DNA of 64,000 bases from Elusimicrobiota bacterium (GCA_018816525.1 JAHIVV010000054.1:9047-73046); one strand, 5' to 3'. Shown: positions 19,743-29,979, counted from the first letter of the stretch. The notes: generated from the sequence alone by a model not told the origin. Program-made: numbers and translations.

Positions 19743-20624
19743 ATGAAAATCCTAATACTTGGCGGAAGCGGAATGCTGGGCCACAGAACATACCTTAAAT
19801 TCAAAGGTAAATTTGACACTTATGCAGCCTTTAGAAATTTTTCACATTACAAAAGATATAGTATTTTCGAAGAGAAAAATGTTATTGACAACTTCTCAAC
19901 CGAAAATATCGAACATATAAAAGGAACTTTATCAAAAATACACCCAAACTGCATTATTAACTGTATCGGCATAACCAAGCAGCAAAAAATTGCTGATGAC
20001 CCGGTTCAGATGATTACAACGAATTCCTTATTTCCGCATATTTTAAGTTCAATATGTGAAGAAGCTGACATAAAATTAATACATATCAGCACCGACTGTG
20101 TTTTTTCCGGAGAAAAAGGGAATTATAAGGAAGATGATTTTTCGGATGCTGTTGATTTGTACGGAAGAACTAAATTTCTTGGCGAAGTAAGAAACATGAA
20201 CAATACATTAACCATAAGAACATCTATAATCGGGAGGGAACTGAAAACCTCTCTGGGCCTGGTTGAATGGTTCTTAAACCAAAAAGAGAATATGATAAAA
20301 GGCTTCAAAAATGCTGTTTTTTCGGGTTTTACCACAGACGCATTATCAGATATCTTTATTGACATTATCCAAAACCATAGTAAAATAAGCGGATTATATA
20401 ACGTTTCTGCCGAACCGATAAATAAGTTTGACCTTTTGAATATTATAAAAAATTCATTCAATGTAAAAACCGAAATTGCTGCATTTGATGATTTTTATTG
20501 CGACCGAAGCCTTGATTCTACAAAATTCAGAGCAAATACCGGTTTCAAGCCTCTTCTCTGGCAAACAATGATTGATAAACTTGCAATCGATACCAATCAA
20601 TATAACATCTGGAGGAACTTATGA
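19743..20624 (+). CDS. RmlD-like NAD(P)H sugar-nucleotide 4-reductase (WbvR-like)
   Basis: MKILILGGSGMLGHR Rossmann. 293 aa, the RmlD_sub_bind size. Immediately precedes the FnlA-like dehydratase. Confidence 0.6.
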   Translation: MKILILGGSGMLGHRTYLKFKGKFDTYAAFRNFSHYKRYSIFEEKNVIDNFSTENIEHIKGTLSKIHPNCIINCIGITKQQKIADDPVQMITTNSLFPHILSSICEEADIKLIHISTDCVFSGEKGNYKEDDFSDAVDLYGRTKFLGEVRNMNNTLTIRTSIIGRELKTSLGLVEWFLNQKENMIKGFKNAVFSGFTTDALSDIFIDIIQNHSKISGLYNVSAEPINKFDLLNIIKNSFNVKTEIAAFDDFYCDRSLDSTKFRANTGFKPLLWQTMIDKLAIDTNQYNIWRNL

Positions 20625-21688
20625 TTTTCGAAGGAAAAAGAATTCTTATTACCGGGGGCACAGGTTCACTGGGTAAAACTCTTGTCCGAAGACTGCTATC
20701 AGGCAAGGATGGCAAACCAAAAAAAATAATCGTGTTTTCACGGGATGAAGCAAAACAGCACCAGATGCGTGTTGATTATAAACATAAAAAATTCGCTACT
20801 GATGAATTGATCTATCATAATTTTGAGGAATTACTTGAGTTTTGGATCGGCGACGTAAAAGATTATCACAGCGTCCTTTCAGCTTTAAGGGATGTTGATA
20901 TAGTTTTCAATGCAGCAGCCTTAAAACAGGTTCCAACCTGCGAATATTTTCCGTTCGAGGCCGTAATGACAAACATCGAAGGCCCCCAAAACATTGTCCG
21001 GGCCATAAAAGAAAATAATCTGCCGATAGAAACCGTAGTAGGCGTTTCTACCGATAAAGCCTGCAAACCTGTGAATGTCATGGGTATGACAAAAGCAATC
21101 CAGGAAAAAATATTTATAAATGCAAATTTGCAGTCTAAAAAAACAAGGTTTATTTGTGTCAGGTATGGGAATGTACTGGCTTCGAGAGGTTCTGTAATCC
21201 CTTTATTTCACGAACAAATTCTAGCCGGGCAGGATATAACCATTACTACAGAAGATATGACAAGATTTTTGCTGCCGCTTGATTATGCCGTAGATATAAT
21301 CTTTGCCGCCGTGAAGAAAGCAAATCCCGGAGAAACCTTTATCCCGCGCGTTCTTTCAGCAAATATGATGGATATTGCAAAAGCTCTTATAGGAAAAAGA
21401 AAAAATAAGATAAAAATAATTGGGATTAGGCCGGGAGAAAAAATCCACGAAATACTGGTTTCCGACGAAGAGGCTTACAGGACTACAACCAGGGGCGAAT
21501 ATTACGTAATACTCCCCATGTTACCCGAATTACAAAATAAAAACGCAGGCAAAACAACCTTCCTGACAAAGGAGTATAGTTCAGGAGACAACGTAATGTC
21601 AACGGATGAAACTTATGAATTATTGAAAAAATTTAAATTACTCTTGGAAAATGACATACTTACGCAAGAAGAGGAATTCCTAAGATGA
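20621..21688 (+). CDS. UDP-N-acetylglucosamine 4,6-dehydratase (FnlA/CapE/WbvB-type, CapD-like)
   Basis: MIFEGKRILITGGTGSLGKTLVRRLL. 355 aa. Short-form CapD/PseB/FnlA family signature. Confidence 0.75.
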   Translation: MIFEGKRILITGGTGSLGKTLVRRLLSGKDGKPKKIIVFSRDEAKQHQMRVDYKHKKFATDELIYHNFEELLEFWIGDVKDYHSVLSALRDVDIVFNAAALKQVPTCEYFPFEAVMTNIEGPQNIVRAIKENNLPIETVVGVSTDKACKPVNVMGMTKAIQEKIFINANLQSKKTRFICVRYGNVLASRGSVIPLFHEQILAGQDITITTEDMTRFLLPLDYAVDIIFAAVKKANPGETFIPRVLSANMMDIAKALIGKRKNKIKIIGIRPGEKIHEILVSDEEAYRTTTRGEYYVILPMLPELQNKNAGKTTFLTKEYSSGDNVMSTDETYELLKKFKLLLENDILTQEEEFLR

Positions 21689-22770
21689 AAATAATAACAA
21701 TACTTGGTACGAGGCCGGAAATAATACGTTTAAGCTTAATAATTGGAAAATTAGATAAAAATTCAAACCATGTATTAGTTCATACAGGCCAAAATTTCAC
21801 TGAATCCCTTAATACGATTTTCTTTGACCAGTTAAAAGTAAGAAAACCGGATTATTTTTTAAATGCAAGGGGAGCAACCATAGGAGAACAAATCAGCCAG
21901 ATTATAGAAAGGACTGAAAAGGTGTTAGTTAAGGAAAAACCGGATGCATTGCTTATCTTGGGAGATACAAATAGCGGCCTTTCCTGCATCCCGGCCAAAA
22001 GGCTGCATATACCGGTTTATCATATGGAGGCAGGCAATAGGTGTTATAATGATAAAGTCCCTGAAGAAATCAACAGAAGAATTATCGACCATTCCAGTGA
22101 TTTTCTCATGCCCTATACACAACGAAGCAAAGAAAACCTTGTGAGAGAAGGTATTGATAGAAATAAAATATTTGTAACCGGCAACCCTATTAATGAGGTA
22201 ATTCTACGCTTTAAAAAACAGATTGACACAAACACTATACTAAATAAGTTAAAAATTAAGAAAGACAAGTATTTCTTGATAACAATGCACAGAGCTGAAA
22301 ATGTCGACAATAATACCAATTTAAAGAGCTTGGTAAACGCATTAGAAAAACTGCATTCTATTTATGGGTATCCTATTATTTGCAGTTTGCATCCCAGAAC
22401 CGCTGACAAAATGAAAAAGTTCAATATTTCGATAACAAACAAAGATATCCGTTTTTTAACGCCTATGGGTTTTTTTGAATTTATCAAGCTTGAGCAAAAT
22501 GCTTTCTGCGTATTAAGCGATAGCGGGACTGTTCAGGAAGAATGTTCTATTTTGATGGTTCCAAATGTAACCATGCGTGATGTTACGGAAAGGCCAGAAA
22601 CCCTGGAATGCGGAAGCAATATACTTTCCGGACTCACCGTAGCTGATATAATTCAATCTGTTAAATTAGTAGCAAATTTAAAATCCAAATGGTCTGCACC
22701 GGAAGAATATAAGGAAAAAAACGTTTCGGATAAAGTGTTAAGGATTATTTTCAGCCGGTTCGATTTCTAA
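21685..22770 (+). CDS. UDP-N-acetylglucosamine 2-epimerase (non-hydrolysing; WecB/FnlC/Cap5G-type)
   Basis: MKIITILGTRPEIIRLS, the canonical WecB N-terminus. Internal HMEAGNR. 361 aa. Confidence 0.8.
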   Translation: MKIITILGTRPEIIRLSLIIGKLDKNSNHVLVHTGQNFTESLNTIFFDQLKVRKPDYFLNARGATIGEQISQIIERTEKVLVKEKPDALLILGDTNSGLSCIPAKRLHIPVYHMEAGNRCYNDKVPEEINRRIIDHSSDFLMPYTQRSKENLVREGIDRNKIFVTGNPINEVILRFKKQIDTNTILNKLKIKKDKYFLITMHRAENVDNNTNLKSLVNALEKLHSIYGYPIICSLHPRTADKMKKFNISITNKDIRFLTPMGFFEFIKLEQNAFCVLSDSGTVQEECSILMVPNVTMRDVTERPETLECGSNILSGLTVADIIQSVKLVANLKSKWSAPEEYKEKNVSDKVLRIIFSRFDF

Positions 22771-22787
22771 TCGTAAGTGGCAACATA

Positions 22788-24098
22788 ATGAAACTGGAAA
22801 CAATTGAACTATTGAGAGATAAGGTTACTAACAAAACCTCAACTGTGGGAGTGATAGGACTGGGCTATGTCGGGTTACCTTTGTTGATGCTCATTTCAAA
22901 ACACGGCTATAAAACCTACGGCTTCGATGTGGACAATAACAAAATCGAATCACTCAAGAAACATACAAGCTATATAGCTCATATTTCTGAAGACAGGCTA
23001 GCTGAGCTAGTGAATTTTTTGCCGACATCTGATTTCAAATTATTAAAACGCTGCGATATAATAGTAATTTGTGTGCCTACGCCTACAACAGAGACAAATG
23101 AGCCTGATTTGAGTTATATAGAGCAGACAGGTGAATCGGTAGCATCAAATATGCGTAAGGGCCAATTAATTGTTCTGGAAAGCACCTCGTATCCGACTAC
23201 AACAAGAGATGTTTTAAAACCTATCCTTGATTCAACGAAATTGAAATGCGGGAAAGATTATTTCCTGGCTTTTTCTCCAGAAAGAGAAGACCCCGGCAAC
23301 AAAAACTTTAATACTGAAACAATTACAAAAGTTGTCGGCGGAATTGACAAAAACTCGACAGAATTGGCTTCATTATTTTATTCAAAAATAATAAATAAAG
23401 TTGTTGTAGTCTCTTCTTGTGAAATAGCAGAATCAACCAAAATGCTCGAAAATACCTTTAGAGCCGTAAATATTGCCTTAGTAAACGAATTGAAAATGTT
23501 ATTTGACCGCATGGGCATTGATGTTTGGCAGGTCATCGAAGCCTCAAAAACAAAACCATTCGGTTTTATGCCGTTCTATCCCGGCCCCGGTTGGGGCGGA
23601 CACTGTATCCCCGTAGACCCGTTTTACCTTTCTTATATCGCCAAGAAGTATGATTATTCTACAAGATTTATAGAATTAGCCGGCCAAATTAATATAAAAA
23701 TGCCTGAATATGTAGTAGAAAAAACGATTGATGCTTTAAATCAAAACAAAAAACAATTAAAGGGGTCTAAAATTTTGATTTTAGGTATAGCTTACAAAAA
23801 GGATATTGGTGATCAAAGGGAATCCCCTGCATTTAAAATAATTGAACTTTTGGAATCAAAAGGCGCAAAAGTTGATTATAATGATCCTTTTATTCCCATT
23901 GTGCCCAAAATGAGAAAGTTCAAAATTTCAAAATCATCGATTAATTTAAATAAAAACTCATTAAGAAAATATGACTGCGTTATGATATTAACCAATCACA
24001 CTTGTTATGATTATGATATGATTTCGCGCTATTCTAAGCTCATCATCGATACAAGAAATTCTATAAAAACAACTTCCAAAAAAATAATTAAGGCATAA
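22788..24098 (+). CDS. Nucleotide-sugar dehydrogenase (UDP-ManNAc/UDP-GlcNAc 6-dehydrogenase-like)
   Basis: VGVIGLGYVGLPLLM Rossmann. GGHCIPVDP catalytic-Cys motif. 436 aa. Confidence 0.75.
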   Translation: MKLETIELLRDKVTNKTSTVGVIGLGYVGLPLLMLISKHGYKTYGFDVDNNKIESLKKHTSYIAHISEDRLAELVNFLPTSDFKLLKRCDIIVICVPTPTTETNEPDLSYIEQTGESVASNMRKGQLIVLESTSYPTTTRDVLKPILDSTKLKCGKDYFLAFSPEREDPGNKNFNTETITKVVGGIDKNSTELASLFYSKIINKVVVVSSCEIAESTKMLENTFRAVNIALVNELKMLFDRMGIDVWQVIEASKTKPFGFMPFYPGPGWGGHCIPVDPFYLSYIAKKYDYSTRFIELAGQINIKMPEYVVEKTIDALNQNKKQLKGSKILILGIAYKKDIGDQRESPAFKIIELLESKGAKVDYNDPFIPIVPKMRKFKISKSSINLNKNSLRKYDCVMILTNHTCYDYDMISRYSKLIIDTRNSIKTTSKKIIKA

Positions 24099-24129
24099 GC
24101 GGATGGCGGTGGGTGTTAAAGGGGATTAA

Positions 24130-25365
24130 ATGCAGTTTAGTAAAGAATTACATAATTCAAGGAATATAGTTTATTGGATATTCATAACCTTGTTTTTCCT
24201 GGTCTCTCTTGTTCCAATGAATTACTTACCTTTCAAAATAGGAGAAATACCATTCCACTACATTTTTACCAGCGGGCTTGTCCTTTTGCTAATTTCATTA
24301 TCCTGGCTTACAGAAAAAAGAATAACATTATTTGATAAGTGGCTTTTATTTGTAATTGCGGGTTTTTGTCTAAGTTTAATTTCGAGTGTTGACAGGCTTT
24401 ATACTATTCGCAGTATTGGCAGTTTCATTTTTAGGGGTTTAGGAATAGCTTTTATTTCACAACGGATTTTAAAAAATAATGGAAAAACGACATCGTCGGC
24501 TATTTTGATTTGTGCTTCCCTTGTTTGCATAGTGGGTTTAATAGAGTTCTTTTTCCATTGGAACCCATTTTCTAAGTTCCCGAGTTTTCAAACACACTGG
24601 GCTTTGTCTCCAAGGTCCGGGATGGCAGGTACAATGGGACATCCTCTTGTTTTGTCCGGCTATTTAGTATTGGTGTTACCTATTGCAATATGGTACATCC
24701 GGGGGCGAAATATAATACTCAAGTCAATTCCTCTTCTTTTAATTTCATTAACAATTTTCTTTTCTTTCTCACGCAGTTCGTGGATTTTAAGTTTGATGCT
24801 AATGTTTTTTTACTTTTACACAGAAAAAAATGAATTTTTTATTAGAAAATGGAAGTTGCTGTTGTCATTAATAATCATTATAACCTTCTTTTTCTTATTT
24901 ACGCATTCGAAGCCATTGTTTATAGAACGGTTTGGTTTCCAAAGTTTAAAATCTAGTATTGTGCACTCTCACCGTTCTGCTTCATACAATACAACCTGGA
25001 CTGTATTAAAAAAATACCCTTTTTTTGGAGTAGGCCTGGGTAATTACCCAATAGCACATGACTTCTATAGAGCTGAGGATTCTACAGAATATTTAAAAAC
25101 CCCTGATAACGTCTTTCTCAGATTTTTATGCGAAATAGGGCTTATAGGTACTGCTATGTTTATAATGTTCATTATTTATTGGCTTCACGTATTATGGAAA
25201 CATCGAATGAATTCCTATATATTTGCCATATTTTTGGGCCTTTCATTTTTCATGTTAAATCAATTAGTAGCAGATTTATTTTATTGGCTGGCGCCTCAAT
25301 TTACTTTTTGGATGCTTTTGGGTATCGCAGTGGGAAATTTAAAAAATAATAAAACCATAATTTAA
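24130..25365 (+). CDS. O-antigen ligase / polymerase family membrane protein (Wzy_C domain)
   Basis: Polytopic. FSFSRSSWILSL resembles the Wzy_C/WaaL signature. A large periplasmic loop precedes the final TM helices. Confidence 0.55.
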   Translation: MQFSKELHNSRNIVYWIFITLFFLVSLVPMNYLPFKIGEIPFHYIFTSGLVLLLISLSWLTEKRITLFDKWLLFVIAGFCLSLISSVDRLYTIRSIGSFIFRGLGIAFISQRILKNNGKTTSSAILICASLVCIVGLIEFFFHWNPFSKFPSFQTHWALSPRSGMAGTMGHPLVLSGYLVLVLPIAIWYIRGRNIILKSIPLLLISLTIFFSFSRSSWILSLMLMFFYFYTEKNEFFIRKWKLLLSLIIIITFFFLFTHSKPLFIERFGFQSLKSSIVHSHRSASYNTTWTVLKKYPFFGVGLGNYPIAHDFYRAEDSTEYLKTPDNVFLRFLCEIGLIGTAMFIMFIIYWLHVLWKHRMNSYIFAIFLGLSFFMLNQLVADLFYWLAPQFTFWMLLGIAVGNLKNNKTII

Positions 25366-25366
25366 A

Positions 25367-26299
25367 ATGAACGCTGATGACATTTCAATAAACATTGTAA
25401 ATTACAATAATATCCAGTTCCTGCAAAATTGCATAAAATCTATATATGAAAATACAAAAAAAATAAATTTTTCTATTTTAATTATAGATAATTTTTCTTC
25501 CGATAATTCCATTGAACTTATTGAAAAAACATTTCCGACCATAAAAATAATCAGAAACAATAAAAATATTGGTTTTGCCAAAGCGCAGAACACAGGATTT
25601 GACAAAGTTGACAGTAGGTATATTCTTATCTTAAATCCTGATACATTGATTCTGGATAATAGTATCGAAAAAATGGTTCTATTTTTAGACCGGAACCCGG
25701 AAGCTGGGATAGTCGGTCCAATTATTTTGAACCCTGATAAAAGCAACCAATGTACGGGAATTACCTATCCCAATAATGTTAATTTGTTATCTGAAACGCT
25801 TTTTTTGGACAGATTTTTTCCAAACAATCGTATCTTTGGAAAACACAAAAAGACATTCGAACCCTATAGAGATACTAAACAAGTTGATTATTTACAAGGC
25901 TCTTGCCTGATGATAAGAAAAAAAGTAATTGAGGAAATTGGTATTTTTGATGAAGATTTTTTCATGTACTTCGAAGAAACTGATTTTTGTTATCGCGCCA
26001 AAAGAAAGGGGTGGAGTATAACTCGTTTGGGAGATTGTTCAATAATACATTTTGGCGGCGGTGAAACAGGTTATTATGATGAATTCAGGCTTTTGCAATA
26101 CACAAGGAGCCTTATTCTATTCTATAAAAAACATTACTCTATAACGGCTGTTTTAGCACTTAAAGTTATTTTATCATTAAGAAATATTACCAGGCTGATT
26201 TTATGGCTTTTAATCGGGCTCACCCTTAGAAACAGAAGGAAAGAATCGAAGAGCAGGCTAAAAGGATATTTCAAGTCCTTTAAATTGCTTTTGGATTAA
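25367..26299 (+). CDS. Glycosyltransferase family 2
   Basis: ISINIVNYNN...LIIDNFSSDNS...DEDFFMYFEETDFCYR. Confidence 0.7.
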   Translation: MNADDISINIVNYNNIQFLQNCIKSIYENTKKINFSILIIDNFSSDNSIELIEKTFPTIKIIRNNKNIGFAKAQNTGFDKVDSRYILILNPDTLILDNSIEKMVLFLDRNPEAGIVGPIILNPDKSNQCTGITYPNNVNLLSETLFLDRFFPNNRIFGKHKKTFEPYRDTKQVDYLQGSCLMIRKKVIEEIGIFDEDFFMYFEETDFCYRAKRKGWSITRLGDCSIIHFGGGETGYYDEFRLLQYTRSLILFYKKHYSITAVLALKVILSLRNITRLILWLLIGLTLRNRRKESKSRLKGYFKSFKLLLD

Positions 26300-26311
26300 A
26301 ACAACTGAAAA

Positions 26312-27280
26312 ATGAAAAATCAGTTTATTTCAATTATTATTCCAACATATAACAGAAGAGAGCTGCTAGTTTCGTGTATTGATTCTATAAACAGACAAAA
26401 TTATTCAAAAGAAGACTTTGAGTTGATTATTGTTGACGACGGTTCAACTGTAAACATAAATGAATTTATAAAAGAATACACGGAAAAAATGCCGTTTTCT
26501 ACTTCAATTATTAATATAAATCGTTCAGGACCGGCTTTTGCCAGAAATACGGGAGTAGAAAAAGCCAGAGGAACTATAATTGCTTTTACAGAAGATGACA
26601 TAATCCTTGATCCAAACTGGCTGAAAACTGGGTCTGGCTGTTTTATCAATGATGAGATTTCAGCAGTTGAAGGAATTACAAAATATATCGATTCAAATAA
26701 ACCTGTTAGAAGGCTTGAGAAGCATTACCAATTAGCTTTCCTGCCATGCAATCTTATGTTTAGAAAAAGTATTTTTAATGAATTGGGCGGATATGACATA
26801 AGTTTTTACGATGAAAATATGAACATTTATTTTCGTGAAGATATCGAGCTTGGATTCAGGCTGCTGGAATCAGGCTATAAAGCGGTCGTTTCTCCGGAAA
26901 TGTTGGCGTATCACCCGCGACAATATCAAACTATTAAGGGCGCCTATGACCACGCTAAACGTTACTATTTTGACCCTTTTTTATGTAAAAAACATAACAA
27001 ATTGTTCAGAAAAATGATTGAAGTTAAAAAAATCGGCATTTTTACAATTAAAAGGCCATTACACTATCTTTCACTGTTCTCGGTTTTATCCTTTATTCTT
27101 GCAATTTCTTTTAATGCCCGTTTTATGCTGCTTTTGTTGTTATTAAACGTTGGTATTTGTTTTAAATACAAGATAAATAATCTTCCCGGCTATTTTGAAA
27201 TTTTACCATTGCCATTATATTACGTTTGGCATTTTTTAAAAGGATGTTTTGAATTCAAGTCTTTTAGGGCTGTCTTATGA
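26312..27280 (+). CDS. Glycosyltransferase family 2
   Basis: ISIIIPTYNRRELL...IIVDDGSTVN...FTEDDIILDPNW. Confidence 0.7.
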   Translation: MKNQFISIIIPTYNRRELLVSCIDSINRQNYSKEDFELIIVDDGSTVNINEFIKEYTEKMPFSTSIININRSGPAFARNTGVEKARGTIIAFTEDDIILDPNWLKTGSGCFINDEISAVEGITKYIDSNKPVRRLEKHYQLAFLPCNLMFRKSIFNELGGYDISFYDENMNIYFREDIELGFRLLESGYKAVVSPEMLAYHPRQYQTIKGAYDHAKRYYFDPFLCKKHNKLFRKMIEVKKIGIFTIKRPLHYLSLFSVLSFILAISFNARFMLLLLLLNVGICFKYKINNLPGYFEILPLPLYYVWHFLKGCFEFKSFRAVL

Positions 27281-27421
27281 GACCGCTGATCATTATTCCT
27301 ACATGCTTAATAAAATCCGAAGGTTACAGATGTTTAATAGAAATGAAATACAGGGCTTTTAGTAATGGTTTCAAAATAAAAGAATATTCGGAAGTGTCAT
27401 CATGGAGGCAATTTTCCTGGT

Positions 27422-28531
27422 ATGGAAATTAAAAATAAAGGGATAAATGTCGCAATTATCCATGATTGGCTAGCCGGAATGAGGGGCGGGGAAAAATGTT
27501 TGGAAGTTTTTTGTGAATTATTTCCTGAAGCAACTCTTTTCTCGCTGGTACATGTAAAAGGTTCTCTGTCTCCAACCATTGAGAAAATGAAAATTATCAC
27601 ATCTTTTCTTCAGCATTTTCCTGACATAGAAAATAAATATAGAAATTACCTGCCTTTAATGCCAATAGCTATAGGACAATTTGATTTAAACGGATATGAT
27701 TTGATAATTTCGTCCAGCCATTGTGTTGCTAAAGGTGTGAAAGTTCCCGAAAGGTCACTACATATATCATATTGTTACACCCCTATGCGTTACATATGGG
27801 ACCTGTACGACCAATATTTTGGAAATTCAAAACTATATGTTAAAATTGCAATGAAAATATTGAGACCAGTCCTTCAATGGTGGGATGTTAACAGTTCAAA
27901 GAGAGTTGACAATTTTGTTGCAATTTCTCAATACATTCAAGAAAGAATAAAAAGGCATTACAACCGCGATTCTATTGTCATTTATCCTCCGGTGAATACT
28001 GAATTTTATACTCTTTCTGATAAATTAGAAAAAAAAGATTACTACCTGGTTGTTTCTGCTTTTGCTCCTTATAAAAGAATAGATTTGGCAATAGAAACTT
28101 TTAATAAAATCGGATTGCCTTTAAAAATAATCGGATCAGGACAGGAGGAAAAAAAATTAAAAAAAATGGCAAATAAAAATATTGAATTTTTAGATTGGAA
28201 GAATGATGATGAACTAAAATATTATTATCAAAATTGCAAAGCTTTAATTTTCCCGGGTGAAGAAGATTTTGGGATCGTCCCCGTAGAAGCGCAGTCTTGC
28301 GGTACTCCTGTCATAGCCTATTCCAGGGGCGGGGCTATTGAAACCATAGTTGACGGCAAAACGGGTGTTTTTTTTGAAAATCAAACAGTCGAATCTCTAA
28401 CTAGAGCAATACATAAACTAGGTAAAATACAATTTGATTCAAAAGAAATTCACGTGCACGCACAAGATTTTAGTCGTAGTGTATTCAAAGAAAAGATCAG
28501 CAAATTCATTGAAAAAAATCTTAAAAACTAG
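27422..28531 (+). CDS. Glycosyltransferase family 4
   Basis: N-terminal VAIIHDWLAGMRGGEKCLE, typical of this GT4 subgroup. C-terminal EEDFGIVPVEAQSCGTPVIAYSRGGAIETI. Confidence 0.7.
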   Translation: MEIKNKGINVAIIHDWLAGMRGGEKCLEVFCELFPEATLFSLVHVKGSLSPTIEKMKIITSFLQHFPDIENKYRNYLPLMPIAIGQFDLNGYDLIISSSHCVAKGVKVPERSLHISYCYTPMRYIWDLYDQYFGNSKLYVKIAMKILRPVLQWWDVNSSKRVDNFVAISQYIQERIKRHYNRDSIVIYPPVNTEFYTLSDKLEKKDYYLVVSAFAPYKRIDLAIETFNKIGLPLKIIGSGQEEKKLKKMANKNIEFLDWKNDDELKYYYQNCKALIFPGEEDFGIVPVEAQSCGTPVIAYSRGGAIETIVDGKTGVFFENQTVESLTRAIHKLGKIQFDSKEIHVHAQDFSRSVFKEKISKFIEKNLKN

Positions 28532-28537
28532 TATAAT
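28509..28537 (+). promoter_or_regulatory. Sigma-70-like promoter candidate (TTGAAA-N17-TATAAT) in the 3' end of the GT4 gene, reading into the priming-transferase gene
   Basis: TTGAAA at 28509-28514, 17-nt spacer, TATAAT at 28532-28537. Followed by a 10-bp-stem hairpin at 28553-28583. Confidence 0.35.
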
Positions 28538-28605
28538 CTGAGTCAGACGAAATCCCAAAATTCGTTTCCACATTAATTTTGGGACAGGAATTGGATGACA
28601 AACTT

Positions 28606-29976
28606 ATGAAAAAACATTCTCACACACTTTTTATATGTGTTCTCTTCGCAGGCGACCTTTTACTGCTCTATTTTTCATTTGTGCTTGGATATTACATAAG
28701 GTTTTTTTGGGCGTCAATTATAACAGTATTTCCTCCTTTTAAAGGCATACCTAACTTTACCATCTACAATGAGTTATTTAAACTCGCGATTTTAGTCTGG
28801 CTGCCTGTATTTATATTTGTGGGATTTTATAAGAAAAAAATTGAATCAGACCTGGACGACCTCGTAAATGTTGTTAAAGGTACAGTCATAGCCACAATCC
28901 TTTTAATGGCTATTACTTTTGTTTACAGGGACGTGGAATTTTCAAGATTTGTTATTGGGATAATCTGGGTTATCAGCAGTATCCTGATATTCATCTGGCA
29001 CTTAACATCAAAATACGTTTTTCAACTCATTATAACTCACTCGCAAAATGTCCTCATTATCGGCAAAATCGAAGAAATTGAAATTCTTAAAAAAACCTTT
29101 CGAAGAAACAGGCACATTAAACCGTTTTTTTTATTTGACTATAAAAACGAAGAAAACATTTTTAACCTGATTACGCAAAAAGACATTAACGAAATACTGG
29201 TGATGAGTTCTCTGTTAAGCAAACAGGAACTGATAGATCTGTCTGATAAATGCGAGGAAAAGAAAATAGAGCTAAAAATAGTCCCAGACCTGCTACAGTT
29301 AAAACTCGGAGAAATACTTATTGACGACTCTTTAGGAATTCCGGTATTTCGTTTGAAATCGCCGTCTTTAGTGGGGGCAAATTTTTATTACAAAAAAATG
29401 TTTGATATATTCCTTTCTATAGTATTTTTGTCTTTCTCAATAGTTCCACTTATTTTCATTGCTATATTTATAAAACTTGATTCAAAAGGAAAAATTCTTT
29501 ATTCTCATCAACGAATGGGTTATAAAGGCAGAGTTTTTAATTTCTTTAAATTCAGAACCATGATGATAAATGCCGACGAAATGCTTGAAAAAATAAAACA
29601 TCTCACTGAACGAAAAGGCCCCGTATTTAAAATGAAAAATGACCCAAGGATTACGAAAATCGGAAAATTTTTAAGAAGATACAGTATCGATGAAATCCCT
29701 CAGATAATAAATATCCTTAGAGGAGAAATGAGTTGGATAGGGCCCAGGCCCCAGGTATTATGGGAAGCTAAAGCCTATGATAATTGGGCCAAGAGGCGCT
29801 TAAGCGTACTGCCGGGAGCAACTGGGCTTTGGCAGGTTTCAGGAAGAGCTTCTCTCAGTTACGAAGAGATGATAGAACTTGATATTTTTTACCTGGAAAA
29901 TTGGTCCTTAGGGCTTGATTTAAAAATATTGTTAAAAACTTTGCCGGCAATTTTCAGCCGAAAAGGAGCGTATTAA
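28606..29976 (+). CDS. Polyprenyl-phosphate sugar phosphotransferase (WbaP/EpsL-type initiating transferase, Bac_transf domain)
   Basis: N-terminal TM helices, a central CoA-like region, and a C-terminal sugar-transferase domain (FKFRTMMINADE...RPQVLWEAKAYDNWAKRRLSVLPGATGLWQVSGR). The ORF track starts at a TTG at 28579, which lies inside the hairpin; the ATG at 28606 is preferred. Confidence 0.8.
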   Translation: MKKHSHTLFICVLFAGDLLLLYFSFVLGYYIRFFWASIITVFPPFKGIPNFTIYNELFKLAILVWLPVFIFVGFYKKKIESDLDDLVNVVKGTVIATILLMAITFVYRDVEFSRFVIGIIWVISSILIFIWHLTSKYVFQLIITHSQNVLIIGKIEEIEILKKTFRRNRHIKPFFLFDYKNEENIFNLITQKDINEILVMSSLLSKQELIDLSDKCEEKKIELKIVPDLLQLKLGEILIDDSLGIPVFRLKSPSLVGANFYYKKMFDIFLSIVFLSFSIVPLIFIAIFIKLDSKGKILYSHQRMGYKGRVFNFFKFRTMMINADEMLEKIKHLTERKGPVFKMKNDPRITKIGKFLRRYSIDEIPQIINILRGEMSWIGPRPQVLWEAKAYDNWAKRRLSVLPGATGLWQVSGRASLSYEEMIELDIFYLENWSLGLDLKILLKTLPAIFSRKGAY

Positions 29977-29979
29977 ATA

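Noticed and set aside
24105-24116. ops-like sequence GGCGGTGGGTGT upstream of the O-antigen ligase-like gene
   Set aside because: It differs from the enterobacterial ops core (GGCGGTAG), RfaH/ops is lineage-restricted, and the 31-nt intergenic region is more simply the G-rich RBS.
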